Assembly (NCBI GenBank): GCA_050117845.1
Contig: JASFLY010000020.1
Coordinates: 1-54,918 of the forward strand
DNA from: Candidatus Zixiibacteriota bacterium
GTDB lineage: Bacteria; RBG-13-66-14; B26-G2; WVWN01
Direction of reading: 5' to 3'
Length of the DNA stretch: 54,918 nucleotides
How positions within the stretch are numbered: position 1 is the stretch's first letter; each line of letters begins with the position of its first letter. The translations under genes were made by a program, and so were the position numbers. The notes under the pieces are model-generated. The model searched no databases. It worked only from the letters and a program-made list of their open reading frames with translations, and was not told the DNA's origin. Shown here in pieces: positions 35,493 to 43,987 of the stretch.

Positions 35493-35515
35493 ATAACGTT
35501 CACGACGCAAACAAG

Positions 35516-35541
35516 AAGCCGCCCCCGAGGGCGGCTTTTTT
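35516..35541 (+). terminator. Rho-independent terminator
   Basis: AAGCCGCCC-CCGA-GGGCGGCTTTTTT. Confidence 0.85.
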
Positions 35542-35566
35542 CTTAGGTGTTATAAATATTCCGGTA

Positions 35567-36133
35567 TTAATCCTTTAAACGTAAGATTAACCGGTCGAGG
35601 CTTGGCGCGTTACTCGCGGCTGCGTTGATATCCCAGTTATAATGGACGAATGCTTTTAAACATTCGTTATATGAAGGGCCGACTCTGGCGGTACTACCTT
35701 TTCCCGGTACTAAATCCGCTTTGATAATTTTCGACCTAGACCTTCGCGCTAGGGAAACGATGAACTCTTTAGGGTTTTCTACGCTTTCCGGGTGGGTGGG
35801 TATTCGTTGTAACGGGACTTGTAAGAATTCGGAAAAATTCCTTGGGTCAGCTAGTAACCAAGCTTCAATCTCTCTGACGGCTACATTGAACAGCATGAAA
35901 TTGGGTGAGGGGAGCCATTCGTCCGCTAAAGCCGGAGCGCACTCGGCAGTATTATTCAAATCGACTAATACTAACCATTTATTATTACGAGCCGCGTTAT
36001 TATAACCGTTTAGGTTTTTTTTAATGCTTTCTTTTCCCCTTTTACCGTAACAATCGAGGACTCTGACCCCGAGATAGGCGGTGACTCTACGAAGTACGTA
36101 TTCGTCGAGGGGGCCTTCTACCGCGATATACAT
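35567..36133 (-). CDS. DUF4276-like (TOPRIM-related) protein
   Basis: IAVEGPLDE, VLVDL, AVREIEAWLLAD, NPKE, PSL.R; AT-rich. Confidence 0.75.
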   Translation of the reverse strand: MYIAVEGPLDEYVLRRVTAYLGVRVLDCYGKRGKESIKKNLNGYNNAARNNKWLVLVDLNNTAECAPALADEWLPSPNFMLFNVAVREIEAWLLADPRNFSEFLQVPLQRIPTHPESVENPKEFIVSLARRSRSKIIKADLVPGKGSTARVGPSYNECLKAFVHYNWDINAAASNAPSLDRLILRLKD

Positions 36134-36151
36134 AACTGATAGTATAGGATG

Positions 36152-37315
36152 TTAATTAAAGCAATCAAATAACGTTTCTTGTTGTAAGATTTCGGGTTCG
36201 GTTTGTGGTAGTACGGCGTTTGCGGCCGTTATACCTCCCTCTAGAAGCGATCTAATAACGGCGTTTTCCTTGCCGGTTTCAATGTCGGTCCCGTTATCGG
36301 TCGGTTTTAGGACTAGTACTTCTTCTCCGCCGATTCCGGGGTCGTCGAGTAAATCAAAGCTGTGGGTACTAACAATTACTTGCCTGGGGCTTTTACCTCC
36401 AACCCGTTGAGCTTTATAAAGCAACGCCGCGAGTCTTCTAACAATTGCCGTATGTAGAGAGAGTTCCGGTTCCTCTAGGAGGAGTGGCCCTTGACCATCC
36501 ATAACCGCCCATAAAAAGCCGATTAACCGTAAGGTCCCGTCCGAGAATTGGTCTTCCCGTTGGTGCGCTCCGTGCGTCCGCCAGTGGCGGTATTTAACCT
36601 GCAAGTGCTTTTCTCCGGTTATATCGTCGGTTTCCAACGTTAAATCTTCGAATTGGGGGACGACCGTACGGAGGGCGGCTTCGATTTTCCGGAGCCGCGA
36701 GGTTAACGTTTTCTTATTAGTTTTAGCGATTCTTTTTATAAAATCTGACCCAAAGGGGTCTCGGTCACGGGGGATTACCCTATCCGGTTCCCTTATTAAT
36801 TGGGGTACGATATGGAGGTATTGCACCGTTTTAAAAAACTCTACCAGTTCACGAAAGCGCTTATTCTGAGTGCTTTGCTCGAGCCACGTTTGGCGTAATA
36901 ATTCGTCGTCTTTTATTTCTTCTTCTTTGGGCCGTTTGAATAAAAAACGATTACCTTTCTTTAGAATCTCTTCTTTGATTATCGGCCGTCGATTATTATC
37001 CTGGCCAAAAGATATAACGTAATTCCACGGAGGGTCGTTTTTTTCAAGGTTGGCTTTTCCGATCTCGACTTCTATTCGTATGCTTTCTCTCCGCGCGTTT
37101 AGGAATTTTAATTTCCCGACGCCGCCCCTAATGTTATGCACCGCGGTCTCGAACCCGCCCCCAGGCTTTACTATATCCCGTAGGAATCGGAATACGTCGA
37201 GGAAATTGGATTTCCCGGTTGCGTTAGCCCCTACGATAAAAACGCGTGGGACTAGATCTACGTCAACTTGACGAAAATTGCGCCAATTCCTAAGTCTTAT
37301 ATGTCGAAAAATCAT
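36152..37315 (-). CDS. AAA_21/SMC-like ABC ATPase
   Basis: NWRNF, Walker A GANATGKSN, SDGTLR signature, Walker B LLEEPELSLH, STHS. Confidence 0.9.
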   Translation of the reverse strand: MIFRHIRLRNWRNFRQVDVDLVPRVFIVGANATGKSNFLDVFRFLRDIVKPGGGFETAVHNIRGGVGKLKFLNARRESIRIEVEIGKANLEKNDPPWNYVISFGQDNNRRPIIKEEILKKGNRFLFKRPKEEEIKDDELLRQTWLEQSTQNKRFRELVEFFKTVQYLHIVPQLIREPDRVIPRDRDPFGSDFIKRIAKTNKKTLTSRLRKIEAALRTVVPQFEDLTLETDDITGEKHLQVKYRHWRTHGAHQREDQFSDGTLRLIGFLWAVMDGQGPLLLEEPELSLHTAIVRRLAALLYKAQRVGGKSPRQVIVSTHSFDLLDDPGIGGEEVLVLKPTDNGTDIETGKENAVIRSLLEGGITAANAVLPQTEPEILQQETLFDCFN

Positions 37316-37370
37316 CCTAATCCTTTTATCCGATATTACGAAATAGCCGATTTCGAGTCAACAAGATTAA

Positions 37371-37577
37371 TCAGGATGATTTCCCATTATTCCGTACCTC
37401 GCAGTCCGGCGGGAGGTCGCCGGCGTCTTCCGGGAGGGAGCAGTCCGTTATCGACTTGCCGTGGGGGCAGTTCGAGCAGTACGAAGCCCCTCTCCGAATC
37501 TGCCGGCGGATTATAAATACCAACGCCCCGGCGCCGATGAGTATGGCGGCGGCGATGATTGCGATTTCACCTAACAT
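37371..37577 (-). CDS. FeoB-associated Cys-rich membrane protein
   Basis: TM helix then CSNC...C; directly after feoB with SD AAGGTGGTG. Confidence 0.8.
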   Translation of the reverse strand: MLGEIAIIAAAILIGAGALVFIIRRQIRRGASYCSNCPHGKSITDCSLPEDAGDLPPDCEVRNNGKSS

Positions 37578-37586
37578 GTCACCACC

Positions 37587-39614
37587 TTATCCCAGGCCGA
37601 GCAACAAGCCGCCCTGGTAGGCGAGCGTTGCGAGAAGCCACCCCAGCACCAGCGTGTAACCGACCGCGAACAGCGTCCAGGGCCACGAGCCCGTCTCCCG
37701 GCGGATGACCGCTATGGTCGCGGCGCAGGGTATATAGATGAGCGTCATGACCATGAAGGCGAAGGCCGAGAGGGGCGTGAAGTTCTCCCGAATTACGCTA
37801 ACCAAACCCTCCTCGCCGACGCCGTACAGGACTCCCAGCGTCGAGATGACGGCCTCCTTGGCGCCGACGCCGGCGATGAGCGCCACCGCGGCTTTCCATT
37901 CGCCGAAGCCGGCGGGCGCGAGCAGCGGCGCGATGTACGCGCCCACGGTCCCGAGGATGCTGTCCCGGCCGGCGTACTCGACGCCCGGCGGGAGGTTGGC
38001 GAGGCCCCACAGGAGTATCGAGGCCGCGAAGATGATGCCGCCGGCACGTTTGATAAATTCCCAGCTCCGCTCCCAGGCGTGCAGGGCGATCCCCCGGACG
38101 GTGGGCAGGCGGTACGGCGGGAGTTCCATCACGAAGTGCGCCGATTCCCCCCGGAACAGCAGCGTGCTGAAGACCTTGGCCGCGCCGATGGCCAGGACGA
38201 TACCCAGCAGGTAGAGCGACCACACGATCAGGCCGCGGTGGCCGGCGAACAGGGCCGCGGCGAACAGCACGTATATCGGCAGCCGGGCGGAGCACGACAT
38301 CAGCGGAATGACCATTATCGTTACCATCCGCTCCCGCCGCGTGTCCAGCGTCCGCGTGGCCATTATCGCCGGGACGTTGCAGCCAAATCCGAGAACGAGC
38401 GGGATGAAACTCCGGCCGTGAAGGCTCAGCTTGTGCATGAACTCGTCCATGACGAAGGCGACGCGCGCCATGTACCCCGAGTCCTCCAGCACGGCGATGG
38501 CGAGGAAGAGCAGGAAGATGTTGGGGACGAACACGAGGACGCTGCCGACGCCGCCGAGGGCGCCGTCTACGAGGAAGCTCGTGACCAGGGGCGGGGCCCC
38601 GGCGGTCCAGCTTTCGACGGCGGCGCTGAGTCGGCCCAGGCCGACGCCGAGGACGTTGACCGCCGGTTCGGCGATACGGAACGTGAGCTCGAAGAGGCCG
38701 TACGCGACGGCGAGGAAGAGCGGTACCCCCAAAAAGCGGTTGGTTACCACCTTATCGATTTTGTCCGAGATGGTGAGCCGCGTGGCCGAGGGGCCGCGGG
38801 GCCGGACGGCGTCGCGCAGAAGGCCGCGGATGAAGCCGTAGCGGTAGTCGGCCATGGCCACTTCCGCGTCGTCGCCGATTACGCGTTTCAAGTGGGCCGC
38901 GACGGCCGAGGCCTCGTCGACGATGGCGCCGCCGCCCGGCAGGCCGCGCACGAGCGCCGTTACGTTCTCGTCTCCCTCCAGGAGTTTGAGGGCCGTCCAG
39001 CGGGGCTGGAGGGTCGGGTCGAAGCCGCGTACGTTCGACAGGTCGGCGGTCAGTTCTTCCAGGTGGGGTTCTATCTCGGATCCGTAGCGGAGGCCCGCCG
39101 GGTAGGCGTGGCCGCCGTCGCGCGCCGCGACGGCGATGGCCCGGCGGAGTTCGTCGATTCCCTTCCCGGTGGTGCCGACGGTCGTGACCACCGGGACGCC
39201 CAATAGCTGGGACAATTGGGCCGGGTCGAGCGAGTACATCTTCTCGGCCACGTCGTACATGTTGAGGACGATGACGACGTTGGCGCCAATCTCGAGGAGC
39301 TGGGTGCTGAGGTATAGGTTTCGCTCGAGGTTCGAGGCGTCGACGACGTTGACTACAACGTCGGCCTCGCCCGAGAGCACGAAGTCGCGGGCGACGACCT
39401 CGTCGAGCGAGTAGGCCCCGAGCGAGTAGGTCCCGGGGAGGTCCACCACCCGCACGGCCGCGCCCTCGTATTCGTACGACCCCTCTTTCTTCTCCACCGT
39501 GACGCCGGGCCAGTTCCCGACGTGCTGGCGGCCGCCGGTGAGGTGGTTGAAGATGGAGGTTTTGCCGGCGTTGGGGTTGCCGGCAAGGCCTATGGTTATG
39601 TCGCAGGACGCCAT
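37587..39614 (-). CDS. feoB: Ferrous iron transporter B
   Basis: GNPNAGKT, VGNWPGVTVEKK, DLPGTYSL, GFGCNVPA, MSCSARLP, FVMELPPY. Confidence 0.98.
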   Translation of the reverse strand: MASCDITIGLAGNPNAGKTSIFNHLTGGRQHVGNWPGVTVEKKEGSYEYEGAAVRVVDLPGTYSLGAYSLDEVVARDFVLSGEADVVVNVVDASNLERNLYLSTQLLEIGANVVIVLNMYDVAEKMYSLDPAQLSQLLGVPVVTTVGTTGKGIDELRRAIAVAARDGGHAYPAGLRYGSEIEPHLEELTADLSNVRGFDPTLQPRWTALKLLEGDENVTALVRGLPGGGAIVDEASAVAAHLKRVIGDDAEVAMADYRYGFIRGLLRDAVRPRGPSATRLTISDKIDKVVTNRFLGVPLFLAVAYGLFELTFRIAEPAVNVLGVGLGRLSAAVESWTAGAPPLVTSFLVDGALGGVGSVLVFVPNIFLLFLAIAVLEDSGYMARVAFVMDEFMHKLSLHGRSFIPLVLGFGCNVPAIMATRTLDTRRERMVTIMVIPLMSCSARLPIYVLFAAALFAGHRGLIVWSLYLLGIVLAIGAAKVFSTLLFRGESAHFVMELPPYRLPTVRGIALHAWERSWEFIKRAGGIIFAASILLWGLANLPPGVEYAGRDSILGTVGAYIAPLLAPAGFGEWKAAVALIAGVGAKEAVISTLGVLYGVGEEGLVSVIRENFTPLSAFAFMVMTLIYIPCAATIAVIRRETGSWPWTLFAVGYTLVLGWLLATLAYQGGLLLGLG

Positions 39615-39624
39615 ATTTTTTCTT

Positions 39625-39640
39625 GTTAGGACCGCCTAAC
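39625..39640. promoter_or_regulatory. DtxR-family operator candidate
   Basis: Palindrome GTTAGG-N4-CCTAAC between feoA and feoB. Confidence 0.7.
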
Positions 39641-39657
39641 TCGGGCCCAAAATTTTT

Positions 39658-39939
39658 TTACTTGCGGGGGCAGGTCTCCTCGACTATGCATTCGGGGCAA
39701 ACTTCTTCCTTAACCGGGGATGCCAGGACCTTCGCGGCGACGCCCCGGCCGAGGGCGATGCGGGAGCTGTTGAAGCAGAGCTTGACCGGGCCGTGGCGAT
39801 TCTCGACCAGGAAGAGGTCCGCGCCGGGGACCAAGCCCAGCGCCAGAAGCCGTTGTTTGAGGCCGCGGCCGGCGTCGATTCTTACGACGCGAAGCGTCGT
39901 GCCGACGTCGTATTCGAGCAGCGATTTCGTATCAGACAA
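39658..39939 (-). CDS. feoA: Ferrous iron transport protein A
   Basis: RLLALGLVPG, GPV, RIALGRGVAAKV; Cys-rich tail. Confidence 0.9.
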   Translation of the reverse strand: MSDTKSLLEYDVGTTLRVVRIDAGRGLKQRLLALGLVPGADLFLVENRHGPVKLCFNSSRIALGRGVAAKVLASPVKEEVCPECIVEETCPRK

Positions 39940-39978
39940 TTGTCCGTGCTCCTGCCGGCGGGGCCGGCGGTAAACGAA

Positions 39979-40395
39979 TTAGCTTTTCGAACGGGCGCGT
40001 TCTTTAAGGAGCGTCGCGACGTAGTCGCTCAAGCGGGCGGCGGTCTCGGCGCTGAGGCCGTGTTCGAGGACGCAGGCGTCGCGGTCGGCGGTCTCGTGCG
40101 GCACGCCCAGGATGTCTTCCAGAAAGGTCAGGAGTACGCTGTGCCGGGCCCGTACCCTTTGAGCGGCTTTCAGGCCGGCGGCCGTCAGGCTAACGCGGCC
40201 GTAACGGGCCGACTCCACCAGGCCCTTCTCCGTGAGGCGCCCGAGGGCCTGCGTCACCGAGGCCTTGGCGACTCCCAGGTGAGCCGCGATGGCCGAGACC
40301 CGCGTCGGCGGGTCCAGCTCGAGCACGGCCTCCAGGTAGTCCTCGAGGGAGGGGGTCAATTCAACGCGGTCAGATTTCGTGGCCTTGTCGCCCAT
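39979..40395 (-). CDS. DtxR/MntR-family metal-dependent repressor
   Basis: SLEDYLE, IA..LGV...SV...L, LT..G...A, RH..L..FL..ILGV, DAC.LEH. Confidence 0.93.
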   Translation of the reverse strand: MGDKATKSDRVELTPSLEDYLEAVLELDPPTRVSAIAAHLGVAKASVTQALGRLTEKGLVESARYGRVSLTAAGLKAAQRVRARHSVLLTFLEDILGVPHETADRDACVLEHGLSAETAARLSDYVATLLKERARSKS

Positions 40396-40396
40396 T

Positions 40397-40434
40397 TGTT
40401 AGGAGAGCCTAACATATGTCCGGGCCGTTGTCAA
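40397..40434 (-). promoter_or_regulatory. feo operon promoter with overlapping DtxR-family operator
   Basis: TTGACA-17 nt-TAGGCT; palindrome TGTTAGG-AGAG-CCTAACA (40397-40414) covers the -10. Confidence 0.8.
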
Positions 40435-40485
40435 GTAAAATTACCGTACTGGGGAGATTAAAAGCGGGCGGGCGAGGATGCCGTT

Positions 40486-42678
40486 TTATTGATGAAGGTC
40501 GTGGACGCGGACGTCGATGCCGGCGGGGCCGCCGCTCAGGTGCACGGGCCCCAGGCCGAAGGGCAGGTGTCGCCGATCGACCAACGGTTCGATCTGGGAA
40601 TTGAGGTAACGCACGAGGCCCGACGGCACCGGGATACGGGCGACGGTGAGTCGGGAGGCCACGACGCGGACGCTCCGGCCGTCGTCGCGGAACGTTACTC
40701 GCGCGGTCACGGGTAGGCCCTTGTAGGTGCCCCCTACGCCCAGGGCCTCGCCCTCAACGGCGACTGTCGTTCCCGAAAGGCCGGGGCACTCCCTCTCAAG
40801 CCGCTTCGCGACCGCCGGCCCGGCGACCCGGAAGCCGAGCGATAACGAGTCCAGCCGAAGGAGCTGGGCTTCGCCCGGCGGAGCCCAGGGATTGACGACG
40901 ACGCCGTGGAAGCGGACGTCGAGGGCCGTAACCGGCGCGCCGAGTACGCGGGCGCGACGGGCCCGGAAGTGGATGCCGTCGTAATAACCCCGTGCGGCGT
41001 CCGCGCCTTCCGTCGAGATGGTGGTTCCCCAAAGGCCCCTTAACAACTTCGGGTACGCGGCCGCGAGTACGGATTTCATTTTATCGCCGTCCGGCGAGAA
41101 CTCGGGTAGGGGCGTTACCTCCCGCCGGTAGAGCGTGGCCGTCGAGCCGTCGGCCAGGGGGTAGCTACCCGCCGCGACGTACGCGCCGGTGAACCATTCG
41201 GGATCTTTCCTGATTTTATCGAACGTGGCCCATCCCGGATCGTCGCCCTGGTCGCCGTCCTTCGAGACGACGAAGTCGCAGAAGTTGGGGAAGTCGTCCC
41301 GGGGCCGGAATACGCGGACCGGCAACCCGTCCCGGGTGGCGTAGTACCGGAACGTGACCTCGGCGAAGGTGGCGCAGTTCGGGATAACGCAGAGATTGAT
41401 CGGCCCGTCCCGGCCTTTCGCGCCGGCCGCCACTTCGTTCAATATGGGGACGAGGCCCCAGTCCTCCCGGCGGGGGATCTCGCTGTCGTATACTATCAAG
41501 CGTGTGCGAAGCGGTTTCCAGACGAGATGTCCGGGGAGGTCGCCGATGCCGAAACTCCCGACGAAGAATATGGACAGGGCGTACGCCCCGGCGGCCGAGG
41601 CCGCCGAAATGCGAAGCCACTTCTTCGGGAGGTCGGCGAACGCCACGCCGAAGGCGACGGCGAAGGCCGGCAGCATCGGCGCGGTGAACCGGTAATCCTT
41701 GTTGCGCAAAAGCGTCAGGATAAGGTACGAGCCGAGGACCCAGAAGAGGAGGTACGCGGTCCCGGGGCGGCGGCGCACCGCGCAATAGACGAGCGCCGCG
41801 GCGCCGACGACGAGCATGGCGATGCCGAATTGATAGACGCCCGCGGATAGGTAATGGGTGAAGGAGGCCGCGGTGAAGACCGCCGGGTCGCCCTGGGCCA
41901 CGGCTTCGACGGCGGTGTGGCGGGCCGCCCGCACGAAGTGGAAAAGGTGCCGCAGGTACCACGGCGACGCGACTAGGAAGGCGGGGAGGGCGGCCAGGCC
42001 GGCGTTCAGGAAGCGCCGACTTCGCGATACGGCCTCGCCCGGGCCGCGCCCCGGCGACAGCAGGGCCCACAGTAGCGGCGGTAGGACGAAGGCCGCGACA
42101 CTCCATTTGACGAGGACCGCGAGGCCCAGCGTCACGCCGAATAGAAAGGACCGTCCCGGGCGCCGGAAGCCGTCGGTGGACAGGAGGGCCCAAAGGGCCG
42201 CGGCCGCGGCGGCCGTGCCGGGAACGACCAGCGCGTAAAAACGCGTGTAGTTATACAGGAAGGGCGTGAAGGCGGCGAAGAGGGCGGCGGCGGCGCCGGC
42301 GCGCCGGTCTCCCAGTCGCCGGCCCAGGCCGTACGTCGCGGCCACGAGGATGACGAACCAGGCGAAGTTGGCCGATACGCCTACGGCCTCGGTCCGGCCG
42401 AAAAGCGGATACGCTAGCACCGCGGGAAGACGGCCTAACGGCGGGTAGTAATTATCGACGTCCGCGAGTTCGGCCCACCGGCCCGAGAAGAGCGCGTCGG
42501 CGTACTCCAGCGATTTCGTGAGGTGTACGGCGAAGTCCCACGAGGGCGGCACGTCGTATTGGGAGAACCAGACGAGGTTGGCGACGAAGTGGAACGCGAG
42601 GGCGGCGGCGACGAGTACGAGTCCCCACCTGATACGCGCCCGGATCGGCCTTTTGATATCTGCGGCGTATTCGGTCAT
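40486..42678 (-). CDS. ArnT/PMT-family (GT39-like) membrane glycosyltransferase
   Basis: PPSWD...H, YYPPL, G...GLA.L.K, PWY, NKD.RF..P; soluble C-terminal domain. Confidence 0.82.
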   Translation of the reverse strand: MTEYAADIKRPIRARIRWGLVLVAAALAFHFVANLVWFSQYDVPPSWDFAVHLTKSLEYADALFSGRWAELADVDNYYPPLGRLPAVLAYPLFGRTEAVGVSANFAWFVILVAATYGLGRRLGDRRAGAAAALFAAFTPFLYNYTRFYALVVPGTAAAAAALWALLSTDGFRRPGRSFLFGVTLGLAVLVKWSVAAFVLPPLLWALLSPGRGPGEAVSRSRRFLNAGLAALPAFLVASPWYLRHLFHFVRAARHTAVEAVAQGDPAVFTAASFTHYLSAGVYQFGIAMLVVGAAALVYCAVRRRPGTAYLLFWVLGSYLILTLLRNKDYRFTAPMLPAFAVAFGVAFADLPKKWLRISAASAAGAYALSIFFVGSFGIGDLPGHLVWKPLRTRLIVYDSEIPRREDWGLVPILNEVAAGAKGRDGPINLCVIPNCATFAEVTFRYYATRDGLPVRVFRPRDDFPNFCDFVVSKDGDQGDDPGWATFDKIRKDPEWFTGAYVAAGSYPLADGSTATLYRREVTPLPEFSPDGDKMKSVLAAAYPKLLRGLWGTTISTEGADAARGYYDGIHFRARRARVLGAPVTALDVRFHGVVVNPWAPPGEAQLLRLDSLSLGFRVAGPAVAKRLERECPGLSGTTVAVEGEALGVGGTYKGLPVTARVTFRDDGRSVRVVASRLTVARIPVPSGLVRYLNSQIEPLVDRRHLPFGLGPVHLSGGPAGIDVRVHDLHQ

Positions 42679-42911
42679 AAAATTAGCGGCGGGCCGGTCG
42701 CGATTGACGCCTTATCAGCCCGGCCGCGTTTCAATTAATTAACAAAAACGCTCGGATAAGTAAACCGAAATCTCCCGGCGCGACCTTTTCGTAAATATTA
42801 TTGCCTCCGGGCCGAACCGGCGTTATAGTGGCCGTTGGAATGAAAGCCGGTTGAACGGTTATGCGAGCGCCGACGGTCGATAGCGGCTATCCCGCGAGAG
42901 GAGAAGGGCCG

Positions 42912-43808
42912 ATGAAGATAGATATTAAAGGGACGTATAGACGGGCGGGTAAAGTTTCGGCAGTGGCCGCCGTGGCGGCGGCCTCGTTCGCGGCCGCGGC
43001 GACGGCCGCTGGCGAGGTCGTATTCGTGGCCGGGCCGCGCGAGGAGGCGGAGTTGTACGCTATCGCGGCCGACGGGACCGGCCTCGTTCGTCTCACCGAT
43101 AACGACGTCTACGACGGCGGGCCGGTGGTCTCGACCGACGGACGTTATATCGCGTTCGAGTCGGAGCGGGACGGGAACCTGGATATCTATATAATGAACG
43201 CCGACGGGACCGGCGTCCGGCGACTTACCGACGACGAATCGTACGACGACCAGGCCGCGTTCTCGCCGGACGGGACGCGCGTCGCCTTCATGTCGTTCCG
43301 CGACGAGAACTGGGAAGTCTATACCGTGGGCGTCGACGGCTCGGGACTGACGCGTCTGACCGACAACGATTCGGTGGAAGGGGGGCCGACGTACGCCCCC
43401 GACGGCCGGAGTCTGGCCTTCGTCTCTAACCGCGAAGGCAACCGCGAGCTTTACCTGATGGACGCCGGCGGCGGCGACTGGGTCCGCTTGACCGACAACG
43501 AGGCGAGCGACCGCGCGCCGGCCTTCTCCCCGGACGGCGAGCGCATCGCCTTCATGTCCGACCGCGACGGGAACTGGGAAGTATACGTGATGAACGTCGA
43601 CGGTTCGGGCCAGACGCGGCTGACGGAGAACGATTGCTACGACGGCGAACCGTCCTTCTCGGCGGACGGCGGCGGCATCGCCTTCGATACGGTTCGGGAC
43701 GGCTCGGCCCAGGTATACGTGATGAACGCCGACGGTTCCGCGCCGGAGCGCCTCACGGCCGACGGCGGGTATTACCCCGCCTTCGGCCCGACGGCGGCCG
43801 GAGAATAG
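42912..43808 (+). CDS. TolB-like PD40 beta-propeller protein
   Basis: Six repeats of P.FSPDG..IAF.S.RDGN.E.Y.M..DG....RLT; ATG at 42912. Confidence 0.9.
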   Translation: MKIDIKGTYRRAGKVSAVAAVAAASFAAAATAAGEVVFVAGPREEAELYAIAADGTGLVRLTDNDVYDGGPVVSTDGRYIAFESERDGNLDIYIMNADGTGVRRLTDDESYDDQAAFSPDGTRVAFMSFRDENWEVYTVGVDGSGLTRLTDNDSVEGGPTYAPDGRSLAFVSNREGNRELYLMDAGGGDWVRLTDNEASDRAPAFSPDGERIAFMSDRDGNWEVYVMNVDGSGQTRLTENDCYDGEPSFSADGGGIAFDTVRDGSAQVYVMNADGSAPERLTADGGYYPAFGPTAAGE

Positions 43809-43987
43809 TGGGCACGGCCTTTTTCCCTTGCGGCTCGGCGCCAGCCTCTAGTATATTAATAATCCGGCTGTTTGGGCACAGGTTTGCCTGAAGGGCATAT
43901 TATTCCGGCGACGCCGGTATTCGCAATGTGGGATAAAACTATAACCTTAAAGCGCGTGAGTTGTCCGGCCTCCGCCGCGACGGGACT

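Noticed and set aside
22184..37577. Other TGA-ending ORFs (24202, 26428, 37371) as selenoproteins
   Set aside because: No Cys/redox context at the stop, and no convincing downstream coding continuation or SECIS hairpin.
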